Source: Snowella sp. (lineage in GTDB: Bacteria > Cyanobacteriota > Cyanobacteriia > Cyanobacteriales > Microcystaceae). Taken from it: a stretch of 64,000 nucleotides of DNA. The DNA lies in contig JAYKGY010000094.1 of the NCBI GenBank assembly GCA_035285545.1, forward strand, positions 1-64,000, given 5' to 3'. Below, piece after piece: positions 8,889-19,145 of the stretch (positions within the stretch are counted from its first letter, which is position 1; each line of letters starts with the position of its first letter). Both the position numbers and the translations under genes were made by a program. Under the pieces are notes generated by a model. It saw nothing but the letters and a program-made list of their open reading frames with translations. It was not told the origin of the DNA and did no database searches.

Positions 8889-10520
8889 ATGGATCAAGAT
8901 TTACGGCGCAAATTGGATGGTCTCACCGATACCTTATGGGCGGGAGGGGTCACAAATCCTGTCACCTATATCGAGCAGATTTCCTATCTAATTTATCTGA
9001 AATTGTTGGATGAGGAAGATGCTCAGCGTGAAATGCAGGCACGTTTGACAGGTAATAACCAAGTATTTCCCTTACAAGCAGAACGGTATCGTTGGTCAAA
9101 ATGGCGATTCAAAAGCGGGATTGATCTAAGAGATTTTCTGCGGGATGAGGTCTTTCCCTACATGGCCAATTCCCTCGTTAAGGATGCGCCCAAGGTAGCA
9201 GAATATTTTCGAGATGCGGTCTTGGAAATTTCCGACCCAAATGTTCTAAAAACAGTCATTGATGAGTTGGATTCGCTGGAACTCAGTAAGTTAGGACAGG
9301 ATATCAAAGGAGATATTTTTGAGTATTTACTAGCCCATTTGGGACAATCGGCGTTAAACGGTCAGTTTCGCACTCCGCGCCAAATTCGTTCGTTTATGGT
9401 GGAGATGGTTGATCCAGAGTTTGGGGAGAGTATTTGTGATCCTGCGATGGGAACAGGGGGCTTTTTAATTGATTCGTTAGATTATATTTTGGCGAAGTAT
9501 AGTGAAAATCCTGTTGAAATTCCTATTTATGGAGAGGATTGGTTGGATAAGCGGGGGCAAAGTCTGACGGAGGTAAAGAAGGAGATTCCCAATCTACAAA
9601 CCTATCGCAAAGGAATTGGAGACAAGTTACCTGAGTGGGCGTTATTAGAATCCTCTATTTATGGGTTTGATGTGTCCCGCCAGATGGTACGCATCGCGAT
9701 GATGAATTTGGTTCTCCATGAGGCGAAAAATGCCAAGATTAAACTGGCCAATGTTTTATCTGATCTGGGGGGATTGAGTGAAGATGATTTACGTCGCCGC
9801 TATAAGGTGATGCTGGCGAATCCTCCCTTTGCAGGGACATTACCGAAAGATTCAATTCGAGAGGATTTACCGACTAATTCCAAAAAAAGTGAGTTGTTGT
9901 TTCTCGCGGCAATTATGAAGTCTTTGGCCGACGGGGGACGTTGTGCGGTGGTCGTGCCAGAGGGGTTATTGTTTGGTTCAACGAATGCCCATACCGACTT
10001 AAGACAGACGTTATTAGATGAGTTTGACTTGTTGGCGGTGGTGTCATTGCCTGCGGGGGTATTTAAGCCCTATACAGGAGTTAAAACGGCGGTGTTAGTC
10101 TTTCGTAAGCCTATTGATCCTGAGTCTAATCGTCTGAAGCAGGTTTGGTTTTATGAAGTTAAAAATGATGGGTATGATCCTGACAAGATTACGGGGGGAG
10201 GACGGCCAGAAACACCAAATGCTAATGATATTCCTGCGTTGTTGAAGGCTTGGCATGACTATAAGGTTTCAGATTTTACGCAACCACCTGGGGTTGAGAC
10301 AGGGACGTTATTGGAAGCGGGAAGTGAGGAACCTCGTTGTTGGTGGGCGAGTTTGGAAACGGTGATTGCCAATGATTGCAATTTAGCGGCGGGACGCTAT
10401 AAACCCCAAGTCGCTGAAGTAGTTTCGGAAGATGATCCAACGGAGTTAATTAAGGAAGTATTAGGTATTGAGCAAAAGATTGCGTTAGGATTAGAGCAGT
10501 TATTGCAGGAAATTGGCTAG
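8889..10520 (+). CDS. hsdM: Type I R-M N6-adenine methyltransferase
   Basis: GQFRTP, DPAMGTGGF and NPPF motifs. Confidence 0.92.
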   Translation: MDQDLRRKLDGLTDTLWAGGVTNPVTYIEQISYLIYLKLLDEEDAQREMQARLTGNNQVFPLQAERYRWSKWRFKSGIDLRDFLRDEVFPYMANSLVKDAPKVAEYFRDAVLEISDPNVLKTVIDELDSLELSKLGQDIKGDIFEYLLAHLGQSALNGQFRTPRQIRSFMVEMVDPEFGESICDPAMGTGGFLIDSLDYILAKYSENPVEIPIYGEDWLDKRGQSLTEVKKEIPNLQTYRKGIGDKLPEWALLESSIYGFDVSRQMVRIAMMNLVLHEAKNAKIKLANVLSDLGGLSEDDLRRRYKVMLANPPFAGTLPKDSIREDLPTNSKKSELLFLAAIMKSLADGGRCAVVVPEGLLFGSTNAHTDLRQTLLDEFDLLAVVSLPAGVFKPYTGVKTAVLVFRKPIDPESNRLKQVWFYEVKNDGYDPDKITGGGRPETPNANDIPALLKAWHDYKVSDFTQPPGVETGTLLEAGSEEPRCWWASLETVIANDCNLAAGRYKPQVAEVVSEDDPTELIKEVLGIEQKIALGLEQLLQEIG

Positions 10521-10531
10521 GGAGATGAGAT

Positions 10532-11104
10532 ATGGAAACCTTAGTCTTAAGTTTGGATCGGGTTAATCTAACGGATGAGCAGTTCTTGCGTTTATGTGAG
10601 GCCAATGAGTTATTGCAGTTGGAGCGTAATGCACAAGGGGAGTTGTTGATTATGCCGCCCATTGGGGGAAAGAGTGGTAAACGGGAGGCGGATCTTATTA
10701 CGGCGGTGAGTCTCTGGAATCGGCAATCTGGTTTAGGGGAAGTGTTTAGTTCTTCAACAATTTTTCGATTACCGCGTGGGGGAAATCGATCGCCTGATGT
10801 GGCTTGGGTGACGCGAGAACGATGGGAGAAATTAACGGAAGAGGAGCAGGAACGGTTTCCACCTTTATGTCCTGATTTTGTGATTGAGTTAAGGTCACGC
10901 ACGGATGATTTGGGTTTATTGCAGGCCAAGATGCAGGAATATTTGGCCAGTGGTTTAAGGTTGGGTTGGTTAATTGATCCACAAAATCAAAGAGTGGAAA
11001 TTTATCGGCAAGATCAAACGGTTGAGGTGGTAGTATTACCGACGACGTTATCAGGAGAAGATGTTTTGTCTGGATTCGTAATGAATTTACCGTTATTTAG
11101 TTAG
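10532..11104 (+). CDS. Uma2 (DUF820) family putative endonuclease
   Basis: ERNAQGELLIMPP, SPDVAWV, CPDFVIELRS, GWLIDP motifs. Confidence 0.9.
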   Translation: METLVLSLDRVNLTDEQFLRLCEANELLQLERNAQGELLIMPPIGGKSGKREADLITAVSLWNRQSGLGEVFSSSTIFRLPRGGNRSPDVAWVTRERWEKLTEEEQERFPPLCPDFVIELRSRTDDLGLLQAKMQEYLASGLRLGWLIDPQNQRVEIYRQDQTVEVVVLPTTLSGEDVLSGFVMNLPLFS

Positions 11105-11129
11105 TTTAATTAAGGTGCAAGGAAATTTT

Positions 11130-12344
11130 ATGAAATGGCTAAAGGCTTCACTTTTAGATATATGTAATCCTAAACAGTGGCCAACTATTTCCAGCAAGGA
11201 ATTAACGTCTTCTGGTTATCCTGTTTATGGTGCAAATGGTCAAATAGGATATTATCATTCCTATAATCACGAAGAGCCAACAATTTTAGTAACTTGTAGA
11301 GGGGCAACTTGTGGAACACTTAACATTTCTCCTCCAAAAAGTTATACAACTGGTAATGCAATGGCCTTGGATGATATAAGGTCTGATTTAGTAGATTTCA
11401 AGTTTTTATATTATTCTTTATTGTCAAGAGGTTTAAAAGATACAATTACGGGAGCAGCTCAACCACAAATAACTCGAAAAAATCTCAGTATTGTTAACTT
11501 ATCAATTCCTTCACTATCTGAACAAAAGCAAATTGTTAAAATTTTAGATCGCGCTGATGAACTTCGCAAACAGAGGGCCGAAGCTGATGCCTTATCAGAG
11601 CGCATTTTACCCGCCTTATTTATTAAAATGTTCGGCGATCCTGCTACTAATCCAATGGGTTGGGATGTTATAAAACTTGGTGATTTATCTGAGGTTCAAG
11701 GTGGCCTTCAGTTAACCCCAAAAAGAAAAGATAATCCTTTGACTTTACCTTATTTAAGAGTGGCGAATGTTTATCGTAATAAATTAAAATTAGATGAAAT
11801 CAAAGAAATTAACGTCACAAAAGAAGAAGTTAAACGAATAGCTTTACAAAAGGATGATATTTTAATTGTAGAAGGACATGGTAATAGAGATGAAATTGGA
11901 CGTTCTGCTATTTGGGATAATTCAATAGTTTCTTGCTTGCATCAAAATCATCTTATTCGAGTTAGAGTCAATAAATCTCAAATAAATCCAATATATCTGA
12001 ATACTTTCATCAATTCAGCAGGTGGGAGAGAGCAGTTATTCAAGGTAGGAAAAACGACATCTGGATTGAATACAATTAGTGTGTCGAACGTAAGAAAAAT
12101 AAATATTTTAGTTCCTCCATTAGAGAGCCAAATAAATTTTGCTCAAAAAGTTGATGATTTTCAGCGTATAAGCGAACAACGAGAAATAGCTAACACAAAA
12201 ATAAACGAGTTATTTGACAATCTTCTTTATCGTGCCTTTTCAGGAGACTTAACCGCACAATGGAGAGAAGCCCACATGACTGAACTCTTACAGGAAATGG
12301 AATACCAAACCAAAGCCCTCAATCTTCAGCCTACCCTCTTTTAA
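11130..12344 (+). CDS. hsdS: Type I R-M specificity subunit
   Basis: Two variable TRDs with conserved regions PSLSEQKQIV, FIKMFGDP, PPLESQINF, RAFSGDLT. Confidence 0.9.
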   Translation: MKWLKASLLDICNPKQWPTISSKELTSSGYPVYGANGQIGYYHSYNHEEPTILVTCRGATCGTLNISPPKSYTTGNAMALDDIRSDLVDFKFLYYSLLSRGLKDTITGAAQPQITRKNLSIVNLSIPSLSEQKQIVKILDRADELRKQRAEADALSERILPALFIKMFGDPATNPMGWDVIKLGDLSEVQGGLQLTPKRKDNPLTLPYLRVANVYRNKLKLDEIKEINVTKEEVKRIALQKDDILIVEGHGNRDEIGRSAIWDNSIVSCLHQNHLIRVRVNKSQINPIYLNTFINSAGGREQLFKVGKTTSGLNTISVSNVRKINILVPPLESQINFAQKVDDFQRISEQREIANTKINELFDNLLYRAFSGDLTAQWREAHMTELLQEMEYQTKALNLQPTLF

Positions 12345-12375
12345 ACCTTATTTATACCTAAAAAACTGAATTCAA

Positions 12376-12744
12376 ATGTTAACTACAGATCAGGCTCCCA
12401 TCTCTCTTAATAATCATATTATTCAGCAAATTACTGAAAAATATACCTTGTTTGAACCCGACTGCATTCTCACCTATCTAAGTCAACATAAAAACCTAAC
12501 CTTTGCCTTACTAGAAGCTGAAAAACAAATCCGAAAAATTTTCCTCCACGAGAAACTAATCTTAAAAATTGTTTATGATCCAGAAATTCCTAATTGGGAA
12601 AAACTGTTTATTATTATTAGCACCCAACTTGATGCCGATACAGCCTTTGATAAACTCAAACAACTCGATCAAAATTGGTGGTTAGATGCCTCAGATTTAG
12701 TTAATAATGACCTAGAAATTCATATAGACTTTGATGAAATTTAA
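12376..12744 (+). CDS. Hypothetical protein, probable partner (antitoxin-like) of the downstream HEPN protein
   Basis: 122-aa ORF overlapping the HEPN gene start. Confidence 0.55.
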   Translation: MLTTDQAPISLNNHIIQQITEKYTLFEPDCILTYLSQHKNLTFALLEAEKQIRKIFLHEKLILKIVYDPEIPNWEKLFIIISTQLDADTAFDKLKQLDQNWWLDASDLVNNDLEIHIDFDEI

Positions 12745-13132
12745 TTGGGAAGAGTATTTTACCCTAGCTCAGGATCTCATAAAAACAGAAACAAATGAAG
12801 CTAAACAACGAGCATCTATTAGTCGAGCTTACTATGCCGCTTTTTGTGTTGCCAGAAATTACTTAAGAGATTATCATAACGAAAATCCTACACGGGGTGA
12901 AAACGAACATAAATTTGTCGCGGATAAATTCCAATCTCTTGCTTATATCGATCCACGAATGCGGGAAATCGGTAATGACTTGAGCCGTTTACGTAGAGAA
13001 AGGAATCAAGTAGATTATAATGATCTCGTGTTAAACTTACCTAACAGAACAAAATTATCCTTAAAATTTGCCCGAAATATCCTTAATAAAATTACAGAAT
13101 TAATCCAAGAAATCGAATCAAAAAAAACATAG
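12734..13132 (+). CDS. HEPN-domain protein
   Basis: ISRAYYAAF and LRRERNQVDY motifs of the UPF0332-like HEPN family. Confidence 0.75.
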   Translation: MKFNWEEYFTLAQDLIKTETNEAKQRASISRAYYAAFCVARNYLRDYHNENPTRGENEHKFVADKFQSLAYIDPRMREIGNDLSRLRRERNQVDYNDLVLNLPNRTKLSLKFARNILNKITELIQEIESKKT

Positions 13133-13214
13133 TCTTTTTCCGATAACAACTCGACTGGAATTAAACTTTAAAGAACAAAATAAATAAGGTTTTACATTCT
13201 GATTTCCCATGCAA

Positions 13215-16200
13215 TTAAAAATCATCAAATTTCTCTTTGCAAATATCATTGTAGAGACAAACCAGACAAGTTTTTAAAGAAGGCTTTGCTGTGTAATTCC
13301 TGTTTTCTATATCCTTAACTAAAACCTTTGCTTCTTGGTTAATTGCTCGTAGATCAAACTTTGAAAAAGACATTAAATCATCATGTCGTAGATAAGCAAG
13401 GTAAGCTTGGGATTTTTTCGCAGCCTTTGCATAGGCCCACACTTGAAAACGATGCTCTTGGGGCTTCACTTCTTGATCGGTTTTTATATCCAGAATGAAA
13501 TCATCACCGATTAAGTCAGCAGAACCGTTAAATACAATCGAGCCTAACTTAAAAGACAAAAACTGTTCCCAAACTCCATTCTGGACAGATGAATAGGTTG
13601 GCGATCGCCGAAATGTATCCGCGAGATCTAAAGCTTCTTGCACCTTATCCAGCGACAAACTGGAATTATATTTCTGAAGCTCGGTTACAGTTTCAATCCC
13701 TTGCGCCAAAGCCCTATGAGTCAGAATGCCGACTTCGCGCCCATAGTTGCCTGTGCCTGTTACTTCTCCTGGATATCCTTCAATGTATTTGTAATAAAAT
13801 CCCTGCGGACAACGAGCATAATCGGTTAAGGCTGTAATCGGTAATTCCAGACCCCCAGAACGAATCGGATTAAGTAGAGCATAGGGGGGAACATCGGGCA
13901 GAGGGGGATCAACCAGAGTGGAGTTTTTGAGATTTTCGGGATCAAAAAGAACTTCTTGTGGGATAAATGGCCCCTGTAAGCCAGGCTGTAAAACATTCCA
14001 TAGATGTAATTCATTTTTTCCCTGAGTAGTCGTCAAAATTAGGCGATCGCGGGCACGAGTAGCTGCTACATAGAGAAGCCGTTTCATTTCGTCTTTTTCT
14101 CGTTGCTTTTGTCGTTGCTCTAACAGCAAATAAAGGGCTGATTTTTGTTTTTCTCCTTCATCATCCTCTGGTTTCAGGGCAACCCCTAACGTCGGATCAA
14201 AACGAATTAGGGGATGATCACCTGACGACTTACCGCTTAAATTCGGGATAATCACAACTGACCATTCCAACCCTTTGGCCGAGTGGATCGTCATCAAGGT
14301 AACCGCATTGACTGCTTCTAGAGGAGGACGCTCAATCTCGATTTGGCTTTTGACAATTCGCTTGAGGCGACGAACCACCATAAACACCTCGGCGGTTCCT
14401 GTCTCCAATTTTCGTACAATATCCAAAAAGCCTCGCCAATCGGCCAACCGACGCTGATGATTAGGGAGATTGGCAATCACGGCAGTATAACCCGTCAATT
14501 GATCGGCTAATTGCAATAAGCGGCTGGGAGGATCAATTGATTGGCTATTTCGTAATTCTTTTAGAACTTTGATCGCATGGGTAAATTCGGGCTGTTCCGC
14601 TTGTTGAAGGATTTGCCACCAGTTAGTATTCTCCTCTGTAGAAGATTGACGGAGATTTAATAACAGGCGATCGCTTAGGGCAAAAAAAGGACTTTTAAGG
14701 ACAGCAACTAGGGAAATATTATCTCTAGAATCCGCTAAAAATTGGAGTAGGGCAAAAGCATCCTTCGCTTCACGGGTATCTAATAAATTGCCACCCCCTG
14801 CCTGAAGAATGGGAATGGGTTGCTCATCAACAACACGCTCAGCGATCGCCTGTCCATAATCATTTAAAGGCTTCCAGGTACGAGAAAGAATCGCAATATC
14901 CCCAAACTGGATCGGTCGGTGTTCCTTCGTCTTTTTATCCCAAATTGGTAGCCTTTCCTGAAGCATGGTTTGGACAAGATCGGCGATATGCTGGGCTTCT
15001 GCTTGACGACACTGATCCACACTGGGTTTATAGGCAACTTGAGCATCAGCCGCCAAAACAAAAATTTCTACATGGGGAGCAGGATGGGGAGCGTCTAAAC
15101 GATCAGCATTTAGGTCTTGATGCAAATCCTCTAAAATCGGTGCAAAAAGTTGATTGATGTTTTGAATGAGAGGATTATGAGTACGAAAGCTAGTATTAAG
15201 AGGTAACGTATTTTTTAGGCGATCGCGCCAGGTCTTAAATACTTCAATATCTGCCCGTCGAAAGCCATAAATAGATTGCTTCTCATCTCCGACGAGGGTT
15301 AAAGTCGCATTTTGAGTTAAGATTTCCAGTAATTTTCCTTGAGTTGGATTCGTGTCTTGAAACTCGTCAATTAAAAAGGCTTGCAAGCGTCGATGATAAT
15401 AATCTTGAACATAAGGCTTTTCTAATGCCTGTAGAGCGTGGACTTCCAAGTCGTTAAAATCTAAGACTCGCTGTTTACGTTTGGCTTCAGTTAAATGAGA
15501 GCGAACGAAAGCAAAGGCTTCTTGAAGGATAGGAATCATCTCTTCGGCTTGAAAATCTATTGCTCCAACTTGAATGGTGAGTAACGCAATATCAGAAAAA
15601 TCCTTAGTAAAATCTCGCCAATCAATTAGGATTCTCCTCACCTGCTTCAAAATTTCTTCGCTTTGCCAATTTTTCTTGCTACCAACATTGCCAACTTTAA
15701 AATCAAGCCAAGTTTGCAACGTTGCCTGAAAGTGATTTCCTTGAACATCGTGGGCGTGATGCTCGATTTGCTCAATTAACTCCAAAGCGTTTTGTCGAAC
15801 AAGTTCCAATCTATCCCCTGATTGACCCGCATTGTGACGGACAATTTCTTTCGCTTCCAACCAAAAATCGTGGTTGATTAAAGCTTCAATAATTTTCTCC
15901 TGCGTTTTTTTGAGAATCGGCAACCAATCCTGTTGACTTCGTGTTAAGGCTTTTTCGGCACTGAGAGGGTCTTGTAAAAATGCTTCGATTGCTGATCGCA
16001 TTAAAGAATAGGGAACTTGGGCATAAAGGTTGTCGGGTAATTGCTCTAACGCGATCGTCACTTGTTCCGCTTGCCATAACTTTCCTTCCCACTCGTCCAA
16101 TGGCGTAAAATCCGCAGGGACTCCTGCCGCTTCAGGATGTTCTCGACAAATACGAGCGGCCAGGGAATGAAACGTACAAATAGGAGCCGTTTCCAATTCT

Positions 16201-16442
16201 GCCAGCCAATCCAATCGGTCTTGGGCTTGAGCGGTAACAGTTTGACGAATGCGAGAACGTAACTCAGTGGCCGCTTTATCCGTAAAGGTCATCGCCACAA
16301 CTTCCAAAGGAGAAAGTCCCGCTTTCAGGTGAAATAAATACCGCTCTGCCAACATATAAGTTTTGCCCGTACCAGCCCCCGCCGTGATTGTCACGCTTCC
16401 CTCTGCTGTAGCGGCTTTTTCTTGTTGTTCTGTTAAACCCAT
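13215..16442 (-). CDS. AddA/AdnB-like UvrD (SF1A) helicase with C-terminal PD-(D/E)XK nuclease
   Basis: AGAGTGKT, DEFQD, GDEKQSIYGFRRA, MTIHSAKGLE, YVAATRARD; C-terminal CP...ADL...LDIKT...QVWAY...CLVCLYNDIC; start placed at ATG 16442. Confidence 0.88.
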   Translation of the reverse strand: MGLTEQQEKAATAEGSVTITAGAGTGKTYMLAERYLFHLKAGLSPLEVVAMTFTDKAATELRSRIRQTVTAQAQDRLDWLAELETAPICTFHSLAARICREHPEAAGVPADFTPLDEWEGKLWQAEQVTIALEQLPDNLYAQVPYSLMRSAIEAFLQDPLSAEKALTRSQQDWLPILKKTQEKIIEALINHDFWLEAKEIVRHNAGQSGDRLELVRQNALELIEQIEHHAHDVQGNHFQATLQTWLDFKVGNVGSKKNWQSEEILKQVRRILIDWRDFTKDFSDIALLTIQVGAIDFQAEEMIPILQEAFAFVRSHLTEAKRKQRVLDFNDLEVHALQALEKPYVQDYYHRRLQAFLIDEFQDTNPTQGKLLEILTQNATLTLVGDEKQSIYGFRRADIEVFKTWRDRLKNTLPLNTSFRTHNPLIQNINQLFAPILEDLHQDLNADRLDAPHPAPHVEIFVLAADAQVAYKPSVDQCRQAEAQHIADLVQTMLQERLPIWDKKTKEHRPIQFGDIAILSRTWKPLNDYGQAIAERVVDEQPIPILQAGGGNLLDTREAKDAFALLQFLADSRDNISLVAVLKSPFFALSDRLLLNLRQSSTEENTNWWQILQQAEQPEFTHAIKVLKELRNSQSIDPPSRLLQLADQLTGYTAVIANLPNHQRRLADWRGFLDIVRKLETGTAEVFMVVRRLKRIVKSQIEIERPPLEAVNAVTLMTIHSAKGLEWSVVIIPNLSGKSSGDHPLIRFDPTLGVALKPEDDEGEKQKSALYLLLEQRQKQREKDEMKRLLYVAATRARDRLILTTTQGKNELHLWNVLQPGLQGPFIPQEVLFDPENLKNSTLVDPPLPDVPPYALLNPIRSGGLELPITALTDYARCPQGFYYKYIEGYPGEVTGTGNYGREVGILTHRALAQGIETVTELQKYNSSLSLDKVQEALDLADTFRRSPTYSSVQNGVWEQFLSFKLGSIVFNGSADLIGDDFILDIKTDQEVKPQEHRFQVWAYAKAAKKSQAYLAYLRHDDLMSFSKFDLRAINQEAKVLVKDIENRNYTAKPSLKTCLVCLYNDICKEKFDDF

Positions 16443-16444
16443 GA

Positions 16445-19135
16445 CTAGACTCCTTTGCGTTGTAAGCGATCGCCTTTGCGACAGACGGGATCGTGTGGAC
16501 AATATTTGCAGGCTTCGCCATCTATATCAGGCGCGACAGGATAGGAGCCTTGAAAATGGGTTTTGAGGCGGTCAACGATTTCACTGAGTTCATCTTGTGA
16601 AATAACTATTTTGGGAGAAATATCCTTGCCTTTACTGAGAGAGTAATAGAGCGTTTTTTCTACCGTTTTATTGGGATGTAAATGAGGTGCAGCAACAGCC
16701 TGGTAGATCGGTAATTGCAGATCAATCTTGGCTTTGCGATTCGCATCTTGAATGCCTAATGGTTCCTTAGATCGAGTTTTATAGTCAATTAACACTAATC
16801 CGCTCTCACGATGATCAAGGCGATCTACTCGTCCCCGTATCTTTAATCCTTGCCATTCCCCTTGAAATTCGGCTTCTAAAGCTAATACTTTGGCTTCTTC
16901 AGGTAGAAAATCAGATTTTTGGATGGTTCTTTGTAAAGTTTTGATATGCTCATAACGTTGACTATTCCAAGCAGGGAACTTCGGTAAATTAATTTCTGTT
17001 TCTGCCTGAACAAACCAATTCTGTAAATTTTCTTTGTCAGCAATGTCAATGCTTGGATCTTTGTTTAAGTCTTTGAGAGCCAATTCTAAAACTTTATGGT
17101 AAAGTGTTCCCTTCAAACTGGGACTGAGTTCTTCTTCTTGTTCAGTTAACTCATCCAGTTTTAGAAGCTTATTCGCAAACCATTTAAACGGGCATTGACC
17201 TAATTGCGTCAGTTGGGAAGCACTAAACCAATGCTCACTATAGTCGAAAGGAATGCCCACAACGCCATCGTATTCATTAAAAGGTTCCGAACTTTCTCGG
17301 TGTTTTTCTATCCTAAAAGCGGCGATCGCCTGTTGTAATAAGGCATCATCCCACTTGTTTTCTCGTCTCAAATAAATCTGTCGGGCAACTTCCTTACTCG
17401 GAATAATCTCAAGGGGAACAGCACTCGGAATAAGCCCTAATCGGTGGAAATAAGAGGATGGTTCTGCCTGAGAGTAGAAGCCATTTTCACGACTCACTGT
17501 AGAGTAGGAAAAGGTGAACTGTTTATTGGGAGTGTGCAATAGAGAGTAAAAAGCAAATGCCTCCCGTCGTGCTAACTCTGCCGCACTATCTAAGTTAATT
17601 CCTTGGTATTGGAGCTTTTTCCGTTCATAAAAATCTAAAACAGGATCATTGACAATTGGTTTGGGTAAATTTCCTTCTCGCCCGTCTATTACAAAAACAT
17701 AATCATATTTTGCCCCCGCAATGGAGCAAGGATTGTGTAGTTCAATGCCCTCTCGTCCAGGTGCGGCGATAGTAGTTAGTAGTGAGAGACTGGTCAGAAT
17801 TTCTTCGCGAAAGGCTTCCCACGTTAAATTTTCATCTTTAAGTTGAGATAACGTCCTGAGTCCGTCAATCAAATTTTTATAGGCAAGGCTTTCCTTCGCC
17901 CAGGTTTTTGCCTGTTCTCGTAACTCAAAGAGGTCGAAAATCATCTCTAACCGTTTCAACCAATCTTGTCTTGATGTACTGAGCGGTAACTGTAAAGGGC
18001 TTAGATCGATGGTAGTTTGGGTTTGAATTAGCGATCGCCATAACTCAAAATTTGTTGGCCTTTCTTCTTGCATCTTTGCCCAAAGATTGCCCCCTATTTT
18101 TCGGCTGAACGGTTGTTGAAGAAATCGGGTGGTTAGTTCAAAAGGCCATTGCTGCTCTATTACTTCTAGTAACAATTGCACCCAGGCCCCTACTCTTGTT
18201 TCGGCGATTGGAATTTTGTACGGTAAGCGCAGACTAATACCATATTCCCAAGCAATATCTACCAAAAGATTTCCCCATTCGGTATCGTTAACGGCAACGA
18301 TCACAATTTCTCTGCTGAAAATACCCTGATGTAGAAGTTTTTTAATCTGAGCCAGAACTCCCCTTGCCTCTGCTTCTGGATGAGAATAGACATGAGCCAC
18401 CATCGAGCCATTATTAGGAAGAGACGGAGAATTTTCTTGAAGAAATTTTGCTGATAACAAGGTTCCAGGAACGGAGGAATATGATGACTTCAATGGTCTA
18501 ATCGTCCAGCCTTGCTTCTCGAATTGCTCTAAAACTCTTTGTTGGGAAGTAAATAAATAATGATCTTCGTATAACGAGTAAAAAACACTGCCATTGTCAC
18601 AAACTTCTTCAATAAAAGCTAATTCGTCGGCACAAGGATCAAAATAGCCATAAATAATGAGCGATCGCCGTTCGGGATTAACCTCTATTGCTCGCCAAAA
18701 AATTTCGCTATTGTCTATCCAATTGTCTTGGTGTAAAAGCTTTTGGTATTCTTGGGTCACTCGAATGAGTTGACTAGCACGTTCTGAAAGTTCTTCAGGG
18801 TCAGGTAAGGAAGGCTGGGATTGTAAAAGGGCTTGAATACTTGGCCGCCAAGTTCTCGCCGTTCCCTCTACATCATGGGGGCCGACAATTCTCTTAATGG
18901 CTTCTCGTAAAAGTTGTTGAGCGACTAAAGGGGGAGCAATCTGAATCTTTTGATCTAGAAGAATTTCTTGAGCAAGATGTTGTAACGAATATTCCCTGAC
19001 TCCTAGACTCCTTGCTGCATTGCGATTAGGTGTAACGACCCGCAAGTTGGGATCATCAGTAATCTCTTCTGCCAGAATATGGGCTTGAGAACTTAGAACA
19101 TGGGCTTGAGAACTTGAGTAAACTAAACGGATCAT
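16445..19135 (-). CDS. AddB-like protein: degenerate helicase scaffold plus PD-(D/E)XK nuclease with four Cys
   Basis: SASQLTQLGQCPFKWF, GTLYH, GRVDRLD, LIDYKT, QLPIY, CKYCPHDPVC; no Walker A in the N-terminal part. Confidence 0.85.
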   Translation of the reverse strand: MIRLVYSSSQAHVLSSQAHILAEEITDDPNLRVVTPNRNAARSLGVREYSLQHLAQEILLDQKIQIAPPLVAQQLLREAIKRIVGPHDVEGTARTWRPSIQALLQSQPSLPDPEELSERASQLIRVTQEYQKLLHQDNWIDNSEIFWRAIEVNPERRSLIIYGYFDPCADELAFIEEVCDNGSVFYSLYEDHYLFTSQQRVLEQFEKQGWTIRPLKSSYSSVPGTLLSAKFLQENSPSLPNNGSMVAHVYSHPEAEARGVLAQIKKLLHQGIFSREIVIVAVNDTEWGNLLVDIAWEYGISLRLPYKIPIAETRVGAWVQLLLEVIEQQWPFELTTRFLQQPFSRKIGGNLWAKMQEERPTNFELWRSLIQTQTTIDLSPLQLPLSTSRQDWLKRLEMIFDLFELREQAKTWAKESLAYKNLIDGLRTLSQLKDENLTWEAFREEILTSLSLLTTIAAPGREGIELHNPCSIAGAKYDYVFVIDGREGNLPKPIVNDPVLDFYERKKLQYQGINLDSAAELARREAFAFYSLLHTPNKQFTFSYSTVSRENGFYSQAEPSSYFHRLGLIPSAVPLEIIPSKEVARQIYLRRENKWDDALLQQAIAAFRIEKHRESSEPFNEYDGVVGIPFDYSEHWFSASQLTQLGQCPFKWFANKLLKLDELTEQEEELSPSLKGTLYHKVLELALKDLNKDPSIDIADKENLQNWFVQAETEINLPKFPAWNSQRYEHIKTLQRTIQKSDFLPEEAKVLALEAEFQGEWQGLKIRGRVDRLDHRESGLVLIDYKTRSKEPLGIQDANRKAKIDLQLPIYQAVAAPHLHPNKTVEKTLYYSLSKGKDISPKIVISQDELSEIVDRLKTHFQGSYPVAPDIDGEACKYCPHDPVCRKGDRLQRKGV

Positions 19136-19145
19136 TTATGCGCTT

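Noticed and set aside
16443..16502. Extended N-terminus of the AddA-like ORF to 16502
   Set aside because: Overlaps the upstream gene; ATG 16442 sits 2 bp after its stop and gives the usual LTEQQ helicase start
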